A stretch of 63,757 nt of DNA, the filler included, from Squatina squatina (lineage: Eukaryota): the NCBI GenBank assembly GCA_031763465.1. It is 4 parts of 4 records of this genome, joined end to end, with 100 filler letters (N's around TTAATTAATTAA, not from the genome) between each part and the next. Parts side by side here need not be neighbours in the genome. Positions count along the whole stretch, not along the records: positions 1 to 16,193 come from JARFOE010000069.1; 3 more parts are not named here. One strand, written 5' to 3'. A program made the translations under genes and the position numbers. The notes beneath the pieces are model-generated. The model was not told the DNA's origin and ran no database searches. It saw only the letters and a program-made list of their open reading frames with translations. Positions within the stretch are counted from its first letter, which is position 1. Each line of letters begins with the position of its first letter. Positions 1 through 10,596 of the stretch are shown here, piece by piece.

Positions 1-463
1 CACTATAATCAATGGTAGAATATAGCTGGGAATACCAAGAGCGAAATATATTCATGAGTACATTTCCGGACGCATTGAATCAAAGAATAGTAACAGCACG
101 GAAGGAAGCAATTCGGCCCGTCGAGCCCGTGACACCGCTCTGCAAGAGCACCGCACCGAGTCCCACTCACCCGCCCTTTCTCCATAGCATTACATGGCAA
201 ATCTGGTACTCCTTCCCTCTAATAGCTGTTGAGCGTAGGCATCAATTGAAAATTTCAAAACTAAGGCTGATCGATATGTAGTACTTGAGGTTATTAATGG
301 TGATGGAACAAAGGGAGAGGATGAAGTCAAGTTACTAATCAGTCAAAATCTAAGTAACTCTGTAACAGGCTCGAGGAACTGAAAGGTGTAGTGATGTTTT
401 TAAGTTCCAATAATTATACACAGTTTTATCTTGTGGAATTGATATGTCACATTTCTTTCCCAG

Positions 464-520
464 TTTATACTTTCTGGGAGCATGTCGTGTATTGTGGGAA
501 AGACAATGCCTACAGCCATT
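464..520 (+). CDS. MS4A (CD20-like tetraspan) family internal exon, 57 bp, FILSGSMSCIVGKTMPTAI
   Basis: Acceptor tttctttcccAG and donor GTAAGT, phase 0-0. The peptide and 19-codon size match the MS4A 'FIISGSLS...' exon at the end of TM2. Confidence 0.75.
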
Positions 521-934
521 GTAAGTATCTTCACAGTGACTCCACATTGAAACAAAACAGTCCATTGAACGGAATACTGTTCTAATTTGAAATTCTGGTT
601 TTTGAGCTGATTATGTATGTATTCTTAAAGTTACGAGGGGATTGTTCAGATATGTGATAACCCCTATAAAAGGTAGATTTGGAGCTGAAATGAGAGAATT
701 ACAGGTTGGTAATACAAGCAAGCGGTAGTGCATCCGTTGCCCATTAGATATCTGACCTGATGTTCAATTCCATTGATTTCAAAATCAATATTGTTCTTTT
801 TCCGTCATTGCCGGTAAATTTCAACTTTGTTGGTGCTAAAACTACAACATTTAAACTACAGATCAGAAACAATCTAATTGGTGGGTGGAACTGTTTCGAG
901 GGGCTGTATGGCCAACTCCTGCTCCTATGTTATA

Positions 935-1020
935 CACAAATCATGCTGGAATAACTCAGCAGGTCAGGCAGCATCTGTGGAGAGAAAAACATGAGTCAAC
1001 GTTCCGAGTTGCTGACCCGG
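935..1020 (-). mobile_element. Penelope-like element terminal-repeat fragment
   Basis: Its reverse complement matches the ...aacgttgactc...ctctccacagatgctgcctgacctgctgagt repeat at 6142-6200. It is truncated before the hammerhead CTGA core. Confidence 0.6.
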
Positions 1021-1420
1021 TTCCCATGTTCCTTTGTTCTTAATGACTGTCTAGAAGAGTTTATTTATTTGTCGATTTGTCCCTGATCAACCATTGACAC
1101 ACATTTTGCACTCCAAAATCCAAAAGTGGAAAGCATTTCCTCTACAAATTAGATGGCAATATTTCCTAAAACTTCTGTTTCTGTTTGGTGCTAACTGCAC
1201 ATCCTGACATACTGCATCAAATTTTATTTTCAGGAAGAAAAAAAGTAGAGACTAATTTGATAGTTCTTTCAAAGAGCCAGCACAGAATTATTGGCCTAAG
1301 GGCCTTCTTCTGTGCTGAAAGATTCTTTGATTCAATTGATTTTACAACATGGCAAGCAATTGAATTGTGAAGGTGAAACCAAATTGTGATATTTTAATAA
1401 TGTTTTGCTTTATTTTGAAG

Positions 1421-1567
1421 GTGGCGAAGTGGCTGGTGCTGAATATGATCAGTGCCGTTCTTGCTGCAGCCAATCTCCTACTGCTGTGGATTTACTTCGA
1501 GGTTGGGACCCCACTCATTCTCTGCCCTTCTGGAGGAGTCTGCGATTCTTGGCCTAATACATTGGCT
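1421..1567 (+). CDS. MS4A family next exon (TM3 and extracellular loop), VAKWLVLNMISAVLAAANLLLLWIYFEVGTPLILCPSGGVCDSWPNTLA
   Basis: Acceptor ttttgaAG and donor GTAAGT, 147 bp, phase 0-0, in frame with exon 464-520. It shows an MS4A-like 'LxxNxxSA' TM3 followed by a loop with two cysteines. Confidence 0.72.
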
Positions 1568-1591
1568 GTAAGTACACGATTGAAATATTAA

Positions 1592-2130
1592 TCGTAGAAT
1601 TATGGAATGATGCAGCACAGAGGGAAGCCATTCTGCCCATCGTGCCTGTGCTTGCTCATTTCAAGATTATCCAAGCATACCCACTCCACTGCTCTTTCTC
1701 TATAACTTAGCAACATTTTCCCAAAGTGTTTATCCAATTCCCATTTGAAAGGTATTATCGGATTGGATTACTCCGCATTTTCAGGCAGGCATTGCAGATC
1801 ACAACAACGTGCTACATTTATTTTGTCCTCATGTTGCCTCTGGTTAATTTTCAACTTTCCTAAAATCTGTGTCTCTGGGTATCGAACCTTCTGCCACTAG
1901 ACCGGTTTCTCCTAATTTACTCTCCCAAATGCCTACATGATTTTAAACATTTCTTCCAAATTTCCCCTTATATTTCTTTGCTCTAACGAGAACAACGCCA
2001 GTTTCTCTTGTCGAGCCACATAACTAAATATCTTTCATTCCTGGTGCCTTCTATAAAAACTCATCGGCAGCCACTCTAAGACTTTAACCTCTTCCGATTG
2101 TGTGGCATTAGCCACGTGACTCCAGATGAA
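1592..2130 (-). mobile_element. Diverged CR1-clade LINE 3' fragment
   Basis: Similar to the other CR1 3' ends in the window (cagcacag..gccatt..gcccatcgtgcctgtgc), with ORF2 C-terminal remnants. Confidence 0.65.
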
Positions 2131-2149
2131 GCGCAAGCATTGTTTTATA

Positions 2150-3250
2150 ATGTAAGAACTTAAGAAATAGGAGCAGCAGTGGGCCATTTGGGCCGCGAGC
2201 CTGTCCCACCGGATCATGGCTGATCTACAACCTCAATGCCAATTTGCTGCACTGTCCCCATATCCCTATCGATCTTTGTCTTGAACAATGTCAAAGGCTA
2301 AAGGTCCGAAATTGGACTTTTTAACATACTATTTGTGCCTCCGAGGCGTGCCAGAGCAGTGCATTCCAGTAGGGCCAGGGCGGGGCTGGCGTTAAGGAGT
2401 GAAATGCCGTCCCCCGCCCTGTATGCGTTTTGAGCATGGCGGCAGGCAATTTCGGCCCCTAAACCTCCACAGGTCTCTGGGGTAGAGAATTCCAAAGCTT
2501 CTCCACCATCTAAGTGAAGAAATTTCTCCTCATCCAGTCCTAATTGACCTACCCCTTATTCTGAGACTGTGTCACCTGGTTCTAGACACTCCAACCAGGG
2601 GAAACATCCTCCCTGCATCTACCCTGTCAGGCCTGTAAGAAATGTGTCTGTTTCAATGAGATCACCTCTCATTCTTCTAAACTGGAGAGAATACAGGCCT
2701 AGTCTACTCAATTTCTCCTCATTTGACAATGCTGCCATCCCACGAATCAGGCTGGTGAACATTCATTGTACTCCCTCTACAGAATGTATATCCTTTCAAA
2801 GGTAAGCAGAACAAAACTGATCACAATACTCAAGGTGCAATCCCACCAATATCCTACATATTGCAGTAAGACGTCTGTGCTCCTGTCTTCAAATCCTCTT
2901 GTAATAAAGGTCAAGATATCATTTGCCTTCCGAATTACATGCTGAACCTGCATGTTAGCTTTCAGTGACTCCTGTACAAGGACACCCAGTAGTCTTTGGA
3001 CACCAACATTTCCCAATCTCTCACCATTTAAAAAATACACTGCATTTCTGTGTTCCCTCTGAAAGTGGATAAGTTCACACTTTTCCACATTGCATTCCAT
3101 CTGCCGTGTTTTTGTCCACACACTTAGAATGTCTATATCTCCTTGAAGCCTCTTTACACCCCCCTCAAAACTCACATTTCAGCCGAGCTTTATGTCATCA
3201 GCAAACTTGGAAAAATTACAGTTGGTCCGCTCATCCAAATCATTGATATA
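2150..3250 (-). mobile_element. CR1 (HER1-like) LINE 3' part with reverse-transcriptase remnant, interrupted by a MITE
   Basis: ORF 2777-3175 reads LQGDIDILSVW...QMECNVEKCELIHF...LGVLVQESLK. The FADD motif (tcatcagcaaac, reverse strand) lies near 3200, and a CR1 3' tail lies near 2150-2260. Confidence 0.9.
2302..2459. mobile_element. PIF/Harbinger-type MITE, 158 bp
   Basis: 13-bp TIRs aggtccgaaattg / caatttcggcccc (2 mismatches), flanked by a TAA target duplication (2299-2301 and 2460-2462). The CR1 host sequence resumes on both sides. Confidence 0.8.
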
Positions 3251-3548
3251 GAAACATAGAAACATAGGAAAATAGGTGCAGGAGTAGGCCATTCGGCCGT
3301 TCGAGCCTGCACCGCCATTCAACACGATCATGGCTCATTAGTACCCCGTACCTGCTTTCTCACCGTACCCCCTGATCCCTTTAGCCGTAAGAGCCACATT
3401 TAATTCTCTTTTGAATGTAGCCAAGGAACTGGCCTCAACAACTTCCTGTGGTAGAGAGTTCCACAGGTTCCCCACTCTCTGGGTGAAAAAGTTTTTCCTC
3501 ATCTCGGTCCTAAATGGCTTCCCCCTTATCCTCAAACTGTGACCCCTG
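3249..3548 (-). mobile_element. Young CR1/HER1 LINE 3' end with (CATAGAAA)n tail
   Basis: ORF 3338-3535 RIRGKPFRTEMRKNFFTQRVGNLWNSLP is a CR1 ORF2 C-terminus, followed by the octamer tail repeat. Confidence 0.9.
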
Positions 3549-4044
3549 NNNNNNNNNNNNNNNNNNNNNNNNNNNNNNNNNNNNNNNNNNNNNNNNNNNN
3601 NNNNNNNNNNNNNNNNNNNNNNNNNNNNNNNNNNNNNNNNNNNNNNNNNNNNNNNNNNNNNNNNNNNNNNNNNNNNNNNNNNNNNNNNNNNNNNNNNNNN
3701 NNNNNNNNNNNNNNNNNNNNNNNNNNNNNNNNNCAGCCATTTGTTTGAAACTGTGCCGCATTGCAGTGAGATTCCGTTTGAAAGACTCGCTGATTATATT
3801 CGGAGGATGAAGCTCAACGTGGGGAAGAGCGAGATCATCCACTTTGGATCCAAGAAAGAAAAATTGGTATATGTACTGAGAATGAGGAGCTGCGGGGGAG
3901 GAAATTGATATTTCAGATGCTGACTGACCTGCTGTATAATGCCAACGGCTTTGGTTTTTAGTTGAAATGCACTGTAGTCTTTGGTTTTTTTAAAAAAATA
4001 TAAGGATGGGGCCCTCGATGAACAGATTTCTACGGAGAGATTAC

Positions 4045-4212
4045 CCTGATCAACAGTTCCACTATGTTTGCGTGGCCCTCAGCAGCCGCCATATGTAGCG
4101 GTGTCCTGTCGACTTTGGTTCGGGCGTCCCGGCTAACTCCGGCTCGGAGGAGGACTTCCGCTGTGGAGTAATGGCCATACTGGGCTGCAAGGTGAAGAGG
4201 AGATGTGCCGAG
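4045..4212 (-). CDS. GABPB2: GA-binding protein beta ankyrin-repeat exon (GABPB2-like), [56 protein letters not shown]
   Basis: Acceptor ccttttccccAG and donor GTAATC on the minus strand, 168 bp, phase 0-0. The peptide is nearly identical to vertebrate GABPB1/2, and the TAEVLL, AAA and IVELL residues favour GABPB2. Confidence 0.9.
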
Positions 4213-4544
4213 CTGGGGAAAAGGAGAACGATACATCAAATTCTATCACAGTGAGATGCACCTAAATATAAAAATGGTGCAATCTGGTGGCATATGCCTC
4301 AAACAGCAGTTATTAGAATGGATTGAGTTGCTACATGAGAATTCCCAAGCTTAAAAGGTCTACCCTTCTCACTCCGTTTTTCTCCCTTCCACTCCGTCGG
4401 CTCTTGCTGGGTAGCAGTTTACCAGTGCCCCGCTCATTTGTCCATTCTTCAGGTATAAGCCTAAGCAGTGGCCATCAATAGGCTGTTCGTCCGTGCAGGG
4501 CACCGCAGCAAAACGTGACCCTGTCTTCACCCGATAACCCTTTG

Positions 4545-4686
4545 TCGTTAGGATGTGGAGAATGCTGGCAAGGCCACATTTGTTTGCCATCTCTAGCTGT
4601 CCTGAGGGCATTAAGAGTCAAGCATGCAGTGTGGGACTGGAGTCACGTGTAGGCCAGACCGGGTCGGGGTGGCAGGTTCCCTTCCC
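4545..4686 (-). mobile_element. SINE 3' fragment, same family as 12040-12395
   Basis: Reverse complement gggaagggaacctgcc...tctggcctacacgtgactccagtcccac...ccttgccagc..ccacatcc matches the 12040-12395 element. Confidence 0.65.
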
Positions 4687-5984
4687 NNNNNNNNNNNNNN
4701 NNNNNNNNNNNNNNNNNNNNNNNNNNNNNNNNNNNNNNNNNNNNNNNNNNNNNNNNNNNNNNNNNNNNNNNNNNNNNNNNNNNNNNCCGATGACTGGGAG
4801 TGCAGAACATCTGGAGCTCCAGGCTCCTTCATGGAGCACTGCCAGACGTTAGGTTCAAGTGGAGGGAGTCAGTTCATTTTTCTCTTCCATTTGGAACACC
4901 TCTCCTTTGCACAGCTCTCCACAAAGCGCCCTGAACAAGAAATAATTAAAATCACCTAAGAAAGGTTTGAATGACAGACAGCCCTGGGGCGTGAGCCTGC
5001 GACTTCATGTTCTCGAGGCAAGCCCTCTGCCTCTAATCTTACCAGACTCAGGTTGAGGTCACTTTGAAAAATTGCTTCTGTATTGAGTTAAATTAGAGCG
5101 CTGAAGGTCTTTGACCTTAAGCGAAAGGATTTTGTTTTCGTTGAAGATGACTGCCTGTGCGCACCTGTTGAACTGTTCCTTCTGATCTCTGGGTCTCGGC
5201 TGGTGAAGCATGCACCTGCACAAAGGTGATTGTACAAGCCCTCTGGCTCCTGTGTGCTTTCAGTAACAAAGCCTATTGTTTAGGAGGCTGCACTGACATC
5301 ATTGTTTTGTTCAGATCCTAACGTGGGTGAACCTGTGGCTGTTTTGGTTTGACATTGTCAGGCAAAATGGCTGGGGCCTGTTGTTCACCTAGGCTTGCAG
5401 GTGTCTCCTGTGACATCACTGCCAGCTGCAGACAAAGAGCCAATCGTCTATTACTTCGAACTATCAGAGAGCAACCGATAAAGCAGTGTCCTTTCAAACG
5501 TTGTGACACAATCTATCTGCAGTTTACCTAAGGACAAAAACTGTTTTATAACACGAGGGTGTGTCAGCAGGGACCTTTGACAGGGAAATGGCAGTTGTTT
5601 TGTCTGCTGGCATCGTCTGGATTAAGATAGACAAAAAATATTGAATGCGGACCATGGGATTACAGAAAGAATGTGACTGTTTAGTCTGTGAGATGTACAG
5701 ATATTTAGTTCCTTTTTCTAAGTTGCTCTTACTTTGCACTGCAGGGAGTTGTTATCTAATGGTGTGCAAACACTGGCTTCATTCTCTGGCCTTTGGTAAA
5801 TTTTGCTGCAAATTTGGCCAAGATACACATTAAAAAAAAACCTTTGACTGTCATAATGAAATGATTTCTTTTGGGCTCCTTTTTGTCTGCTAACAGCAGC
5901 TTTAACCGGGCCTGTCAGTACATCGAGGGGGAAATCACACTCTTAGTGGGGAGTGGCATGAGAGTGGCTGATTGCCTTGCATTA

Positions 5985-6215
5985 TCTCTTAATCTCTCCT
6001 GCATTCCACCCAATCACTGTTCTTACCTTTTGTTCTTCCCTCTCCCCCCACCATCCCCCCACTCTTTCCCTTCCCCTGCCAGTGCTTCAAAACCTCCTGT
6101 ATTTCTGACTTTTTTCAGTTCTGACGAAGGGTCATCGACCCGAAACGTTGACTCTGTTTTTCTCTCCACAGATGCTGCCTGACCTGCTGAGTTTTTCCAG
6201 CATTTTTTGTTTGTA
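5985..6215 (+). mobile_element. Penelope-like element terminal repeat (pLTR) containing a hammerhead motif
   Basis: A pyrimidine-rich tract followed by ctgacgaagggtcatcgacccgaaacgttgactctg...cagatgctgcctgacctgctgag. It is repeated at 935-1020, 20700-20791 and 20892-21215. Confidence 0.7.
6117..6153 (+). ncRNA. Minimal type I hammerhead ribozyme motif
   Basis: AGTT-CTGACGA-A-GGGTC(ATC)GACCC-GAAA-C-GTT/GACT. It has the conserved CUGANGA and GAAA core, a 5-bp helix II, a 4-bp helix I, a palindromic loopless helix III and a GUU cleavage triplet. Confidence 0.65.
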
Positions 6216-6310
6216 TGCTAGGAAGTGTCGCCACTTTTGAAACTATGGCTCGGCATCTTCAAGCGTTCACTTTGAATCTACTTGTAGATGCGTTTCGAAG
6301 AAATCACCTG

Positions 6311-6391
6311 CTTAATCAATAACCTTTCAGTTTCATTCAGGAAACAAGGTCGCTCTTGTTTCTCTCGATCTTTATCTTGCGAGCTATAAAA
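6311..6391 (+). promoter_or_regulatory. Candidate UGT1A proximal promoter: HNF1-like site and TATA box
   Basis: cttaatcaataac (6311-6323, 2 mismatches to GTTAATNATTAAC) and TATAAAA (6385-6391), about 260 bp upstream of the ATG. HNF1 sites are typical of UGT1A promoters. This is motif-level evidence only. Confidence 0.35.
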
Positions 6392-6648
6392 ATCACAAAA
6401 ACACGAGTTTTAAAAATAAACACCCAGATATCCTATGGGAACACCCCCTTTTTTTGCAGTTTTGTAGTTGAGAATTAAATTGAATTGACTGCAAATGGTT
6501 AAAAGCCGATGCTGCAGCGTGAATCTGGGATTAAAGCGACCCCTCAGCGACCTGCACTTTGTGTTCATTGGCAGCTCCTTGAATTCAATTGGTGCTGGAC
6601 CTTAGCCAGAACATATTGACACGAGCTCTGAATCCGGCACTGCGCAAA

Positions 6649-7500
6649 ATGGCTTTCATCTCTCCCAGTCTGCAAATACTGGGATATCTGCTATTTCTTT
6701 TCGCGTCTCTGTGGAGAGTGGCTGACAGCGGGAGCCTTCTCGTGGTGCCTGCGGATGGAAGCCATTGGTAAAACCTCAAAACTCTGATGGACGAACTTGG
6801 CAAAAGAGGTCACAACGTCGTCGTTGTCGTGCCTGAGGTCAACATGAACATGGGCCCATCCCCTTACTACACAACCAAGATGTTTGCAGTGCCTTACGGC
6901 AGGGAAAAGTTGGACAGCATGAAACCAATTATCTTCACCAACACGTCTTTCTTCCAAAGAATGAGTTATGTTTTTGAAAAGACAAAAATTCTTAGCCAGT
7001 TCTTCCGGACGACCTGCGAGAGTCTGCTGTATAACACACAGCTGATGCAGGAGCTGGCTGAAGAAAAATTTGACGCTTTGCTGACTGACCCTTTCCTCCC
7101 CTGTGGTGCTATTGTTGCTGAGTATCTGTCGCTGCCCTCTGTGAATCTGCTGCGAGGGATCCCTTGCGGTTTGGATTATTTAGCCACTCAGTGTCCCCGG
7201 CCACCCTCATACGTGCCAAGGTTTTTCACAGGGAACACAGATCGAATGACCTTCCTCCAAAGGACAAAAAACGTGCTGGCCAGTTTAACGGAGCCATTGC
7301 TGTGCTATTTGATATATTCACCTTTTGAAGAGCTGGCCACCAAGTTCCTTCAGAGAGAGATGACACTGGTCCAGCTGCTGAGTCGTACTTCCATCTGGTT
7401 GCTGCGGTTTGACTTCATATTTGAGTATCCGAGACCTCTGATGCCAAATATGATCCTAGTTGGAGGCATCAACTGCAAGGAGGGAAAAGCCTTACCTCAG
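6649..7500 (+). CDS. UGT1A: UDP-glucuronosyltransferase 1A variable exon 1, with a premature in-frame TAA at 6769-6771
   Basis: ATG at 6649 starts a signal peptide, then GSLLVVPADGSHW*NLKTLMDELGKRGH...FDALLTDPFLPCG...CPRPPSYVPR...FEYPRPLMPNMILVGGINC. Donor CAG|GTAGGA. ORFs 6589-6771 and 6787-7524 are in the same frame. Confidence 0.93.
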
Positions 7501-7607
7501 GTAGGAACTGCGTTGGACAAATAGTTGTAAAGTTGGAAACATTGAAAAAAATCAGGTTTTAAATGCCTTTTGATTATAACAGAAACGAAATTAAAAAGTG
7601 AGAATTT

Positions 7608-7912
7608 CATAAGAATATAAGAAAGTAAGAAGTAGAAACAGGAGTAGGCTATTCAGCCCTTCGAGCCTGCTCCGCCATTCAATGAGATCATGGCTGGTCT
7701 GATTCTGGCCTCAACTCCACTTTCCTGCCTGTTCTCCATAACCTTTGACTCCCCTGCTGATCAAAAACCTGTCTATCTCCTCCTTGAATATATTCAGTGA
7801 ATCAGCCTCCACAGGTCTCTGGGGTAGAGAATTCCAAAGATTCACAACCCTCTGAGAGAAGAAATTCCTCCTCATCTCTGTCTTAAATGGGCAACCTCTT
7901 ATTTTGAGACTA
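7608..7912 (-). mobile_element. CR1 LINE 3' end inside UGT1A intron 1
   Basis: cataagaa tail, ggagtaggc..ttcagcccttcgagcctgctccgccattcaatgagatcatggctg, and the ORF2 C-terminal remnant (tctggggtagagaattccaaagattcac). Confidence 0.85.
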
Positions 7913-7961
7913 TTTCAATGTACCTTTGCTGTGAACTAAAGCTCCATTTTGCATGTCCCAG

Positions 7962-8093
7962 GAATTCGAAGAGGTTATGAACAGTTCTGGACTACATGGT
8001 GTTGTGATCTTTTCCCTGGGGTCAGTGGTATCAGAATTGCCCCTTGAGATGTCCAATCGTATTGCAGATGCATTGGGGAAAATTCCTCAGAAG
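7962..8093 (+). CDS. UGT1A: UGT1A constant exon 2, [44 protein letters not shown]
   Basis: Acceptor tgtcccAG and donor AAG|GTGAGT, 132 bp, phase 0-0. The peptide matches the UGT1A exon-2 pattern (SGxHGxVxFSLGS...[10 protein letters not shown]). Confidence 0.95.
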
Positions 8094-8221
8094 GTGAGTG
8101 AGTGGAAACATTGAGATATATACTTATTAAAAATGATTTATAGAGGGTAAGAAATATATTTTCCAGACACATTGTAAACATGCTTTCCAACCTCACTGAA
8201 CTGTCCTGTTAGTTTATAACT

Positions 8222-8645
8222 TTGAGTCTGAAGGTCATGGATTCAAGTCCCACAGAAGAGAATTGAGCACAAAATCTGGGCTGGCAGTCGCAGTACTCAG
8301 GGAGTGCTGCACTCTCCGAGATGCCGTCTTTCGGATAAAAAATTAAACCAAGCCTGCCTTCTCAGGTGGATGCAATAGATCCCACGGCACTATTTCGAGA
8401 AGAGCAGGGGAGTTCTCCCCAGTATCATGGCCAATACTTATCCCTCAATCAACATCACTAAAAACAGATTATCTGGTCATTATCTCATTGCTGTTTGTGG
8501 AAGCTTGCTGTGTGTAAAATTGGCTGCTGTGTTTCCTATATTACAACAGTGACTACACTTCAAGAAAAAAGTACTTCATTGGCTGTAAAGCTCTTTGGGA
8601 CATCCTGAGGCTGTGAAAGACGCTATAGAAGTTCTTTCTTTCTTT
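8222..8645 (+). mobile_element. SacSINE1-like DeuSINE, near full length
   Basis: tRNA-like head remnant (ggattcaagtccca), Deu-like core (tcggat...caggtggatg..agatccca.ggcactattt...ggccaata), L2-type tail (aaagctctttggga...aagacgctata) and (TTTC)n end. Confidence 0.8.
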
Positions 8646-10102
8646 GTACACCTCTACATTTTACTCACTATGTAATATTTTAAATTTGCAAGTGCTAAAT
8701 TTAATTTTCTACCTGTTGGCTCAATTGCTTAACTAATCTAAATTTAAGAAATTTGCATTCTGCAATCATAAACTGCATTCTCAATCTCCTTACTTTATTA
8801 TTGTCTGCAAATTTAACACAATGCTACGATTTTGCTAGAACTAGTTTTCAGAGGAAATTTCCTGCCCTGTTTATGATTTCTGCAATACAAATGCGGCAGC
8901 TTCACGAATCCACCCTCGCTAACTCAAGACGGGGACTCAGGTCATGACGTGCATAATTGGCCAAATTTAAACCTAATTAGGTTCCTGATTTGGTTCACAT
9001 TCACCCTTGGAGTTGGGTAGTTTGATTCATCCCCAACCAGGGTAAACAGCCAGCGAGGGGGAGTGCAGACTGAGGATGCACTGAGGGTCTAAAGGCTCAG
9101 GAGATCCCCACAACCATCACTAAAGGAGAAGTGTGGAGCAGCAGAGGGACATAGAAACATAGAAACATAGAAAATAGGTNNNNNNNNNNTAAACAGCAGC
9201 CTATAATTTGCTAATGATGAAGGATAAGCTTCAAATTTGTTTCTCAAACTGAATTGGGACAATTAGTTTTCTGAATCCAACATGAAGACTCAATGGTTTA
9301 GATTCTCCCCTGGGGTCAGTCATCCAAATGATACAACACTGCAAGTTAGATTAATATCTTGGAGTGTCAATTAGGCTGAATTGGGGGTAATTTGGGAATA
9401 GGAGTAATTTCTCATGAAGGTTTTAACTGTGTCAGGAGTTCCAATGATTTGCGGAGAATCCACAGCCGTGCAAGTTATAAATAGTCAAAAGAACCAGGCA
9501 CAATGGGTTGAGTGGCTGTTTTTCAATCCATAATTTCTCATGTCCTTAACCTACCAACAAAACATCCAAAGTAAGGCTGACATAGCGAAAGTTCAATGGA
9601 CCTTGTTAAGTAGTTGGCAATCAACCATAATTTCCATGTGGGCTACAGTGTCTCTAATTATACAGAGTCAATTTCTATATTTACTGTCATTTCTGTTAAA
9701 TGCAATTCCATGATTAAGGTTTCGAATCAGGAGTAAAAGAGCTTCTGATTTAGACTTCTAGCAGGCTGGATACAAATCTATTTGATTCTTAGGTCTGGCC
9801 TACTGTAAGCTGTATACTTCAGAGTTGGCTAAGTTCAACCTCATGAATACCCACAATCAGGGAGGACTTGTGCCAGATCTTTGAGAATGCGACTAAAGCC
9901 TCACATCATGAACGCTACTAAAGAAATATCATCCCATATATCTAGGACGCCCAATTGGCTCTGCAGTGCTANNNNNNNNNNNNNNNNNNNNNNNNNNNNN
10001 NNNNNNNNNNNNNNNNNNNNNNNNNNNNNNNNNNNNNNNNNNNNNNNNNNNNNNNNNNNNNNNNNNNNNNNAATCAAACCAACATAGTATACTTATTGAC
10101 TA

Positions 10103-10385
10103 TCCGTCTTTCGGATGAGGCGTTAAATCGAGGCCCCATCTGCTCTCAGGTGGATGCAAAAGATCCCATGGCACTATTTTAAAGAAGAACAGGGGAGTTA
10201 CCCCCAGTGGCCTGGCCAATATTTATCCCTCAACCAACATCACATTGTTGTTTGCGGGAGCAAACTGGCTGCTATGTTTCCTATATTACAACAGTGACTA
10301 CACTTCAAAAAGTACTTCATTGTCTGTAAAGTGCTTTGGGGTATACAGTGGCTGTGATAGGTGCTATATAAATGCAAGTCTTTCT
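10103..10385 (+). mobile_element. SacSINE1-like DeuSINE, partial
   Basis: High similarity to 8325-8640. Confidence 0.8.
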
Positions 10386-10596
10386 TGCATTAGGAAAAAA
10401 AAACCTGCTTCATCATAATGTTGAAATATTTCAAAGCACTTCATACNNNNNNNNNNAGAAAGAATTCCCTCCTCCATTTTGAATCGTGCCAGGGTATCGA
10501 ACATTCACTTGAATAGGCAGACAAGACTTTGATTTAATACCATATTCAAAGGGCAGTACCTCTAACAATGCAGCATGACTTCAGTCTAGCATTGGA

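Noticed and set aside
6787-7524. Stand-alone 245-aa ORF as a complete gene
   Set aside because: It is the post-stop part of UGT1A exon 1. It lacks the signal peptide and catalytic His and runs past the splice donor at 7501.
464-8093. MS4A-GABPB2-UGT1A as a novel gene cluster or fusion
   Set aside because: The pieces lie on separate gap-bounded contigs, on mixed strands, with flanking exons missing. Mis-scaffolding is the simpler explanation.
8222-8300. tRNA gene
   Set aside because: Only a B-box-like remnant at a SINE head; I could not build a cloverleaf.
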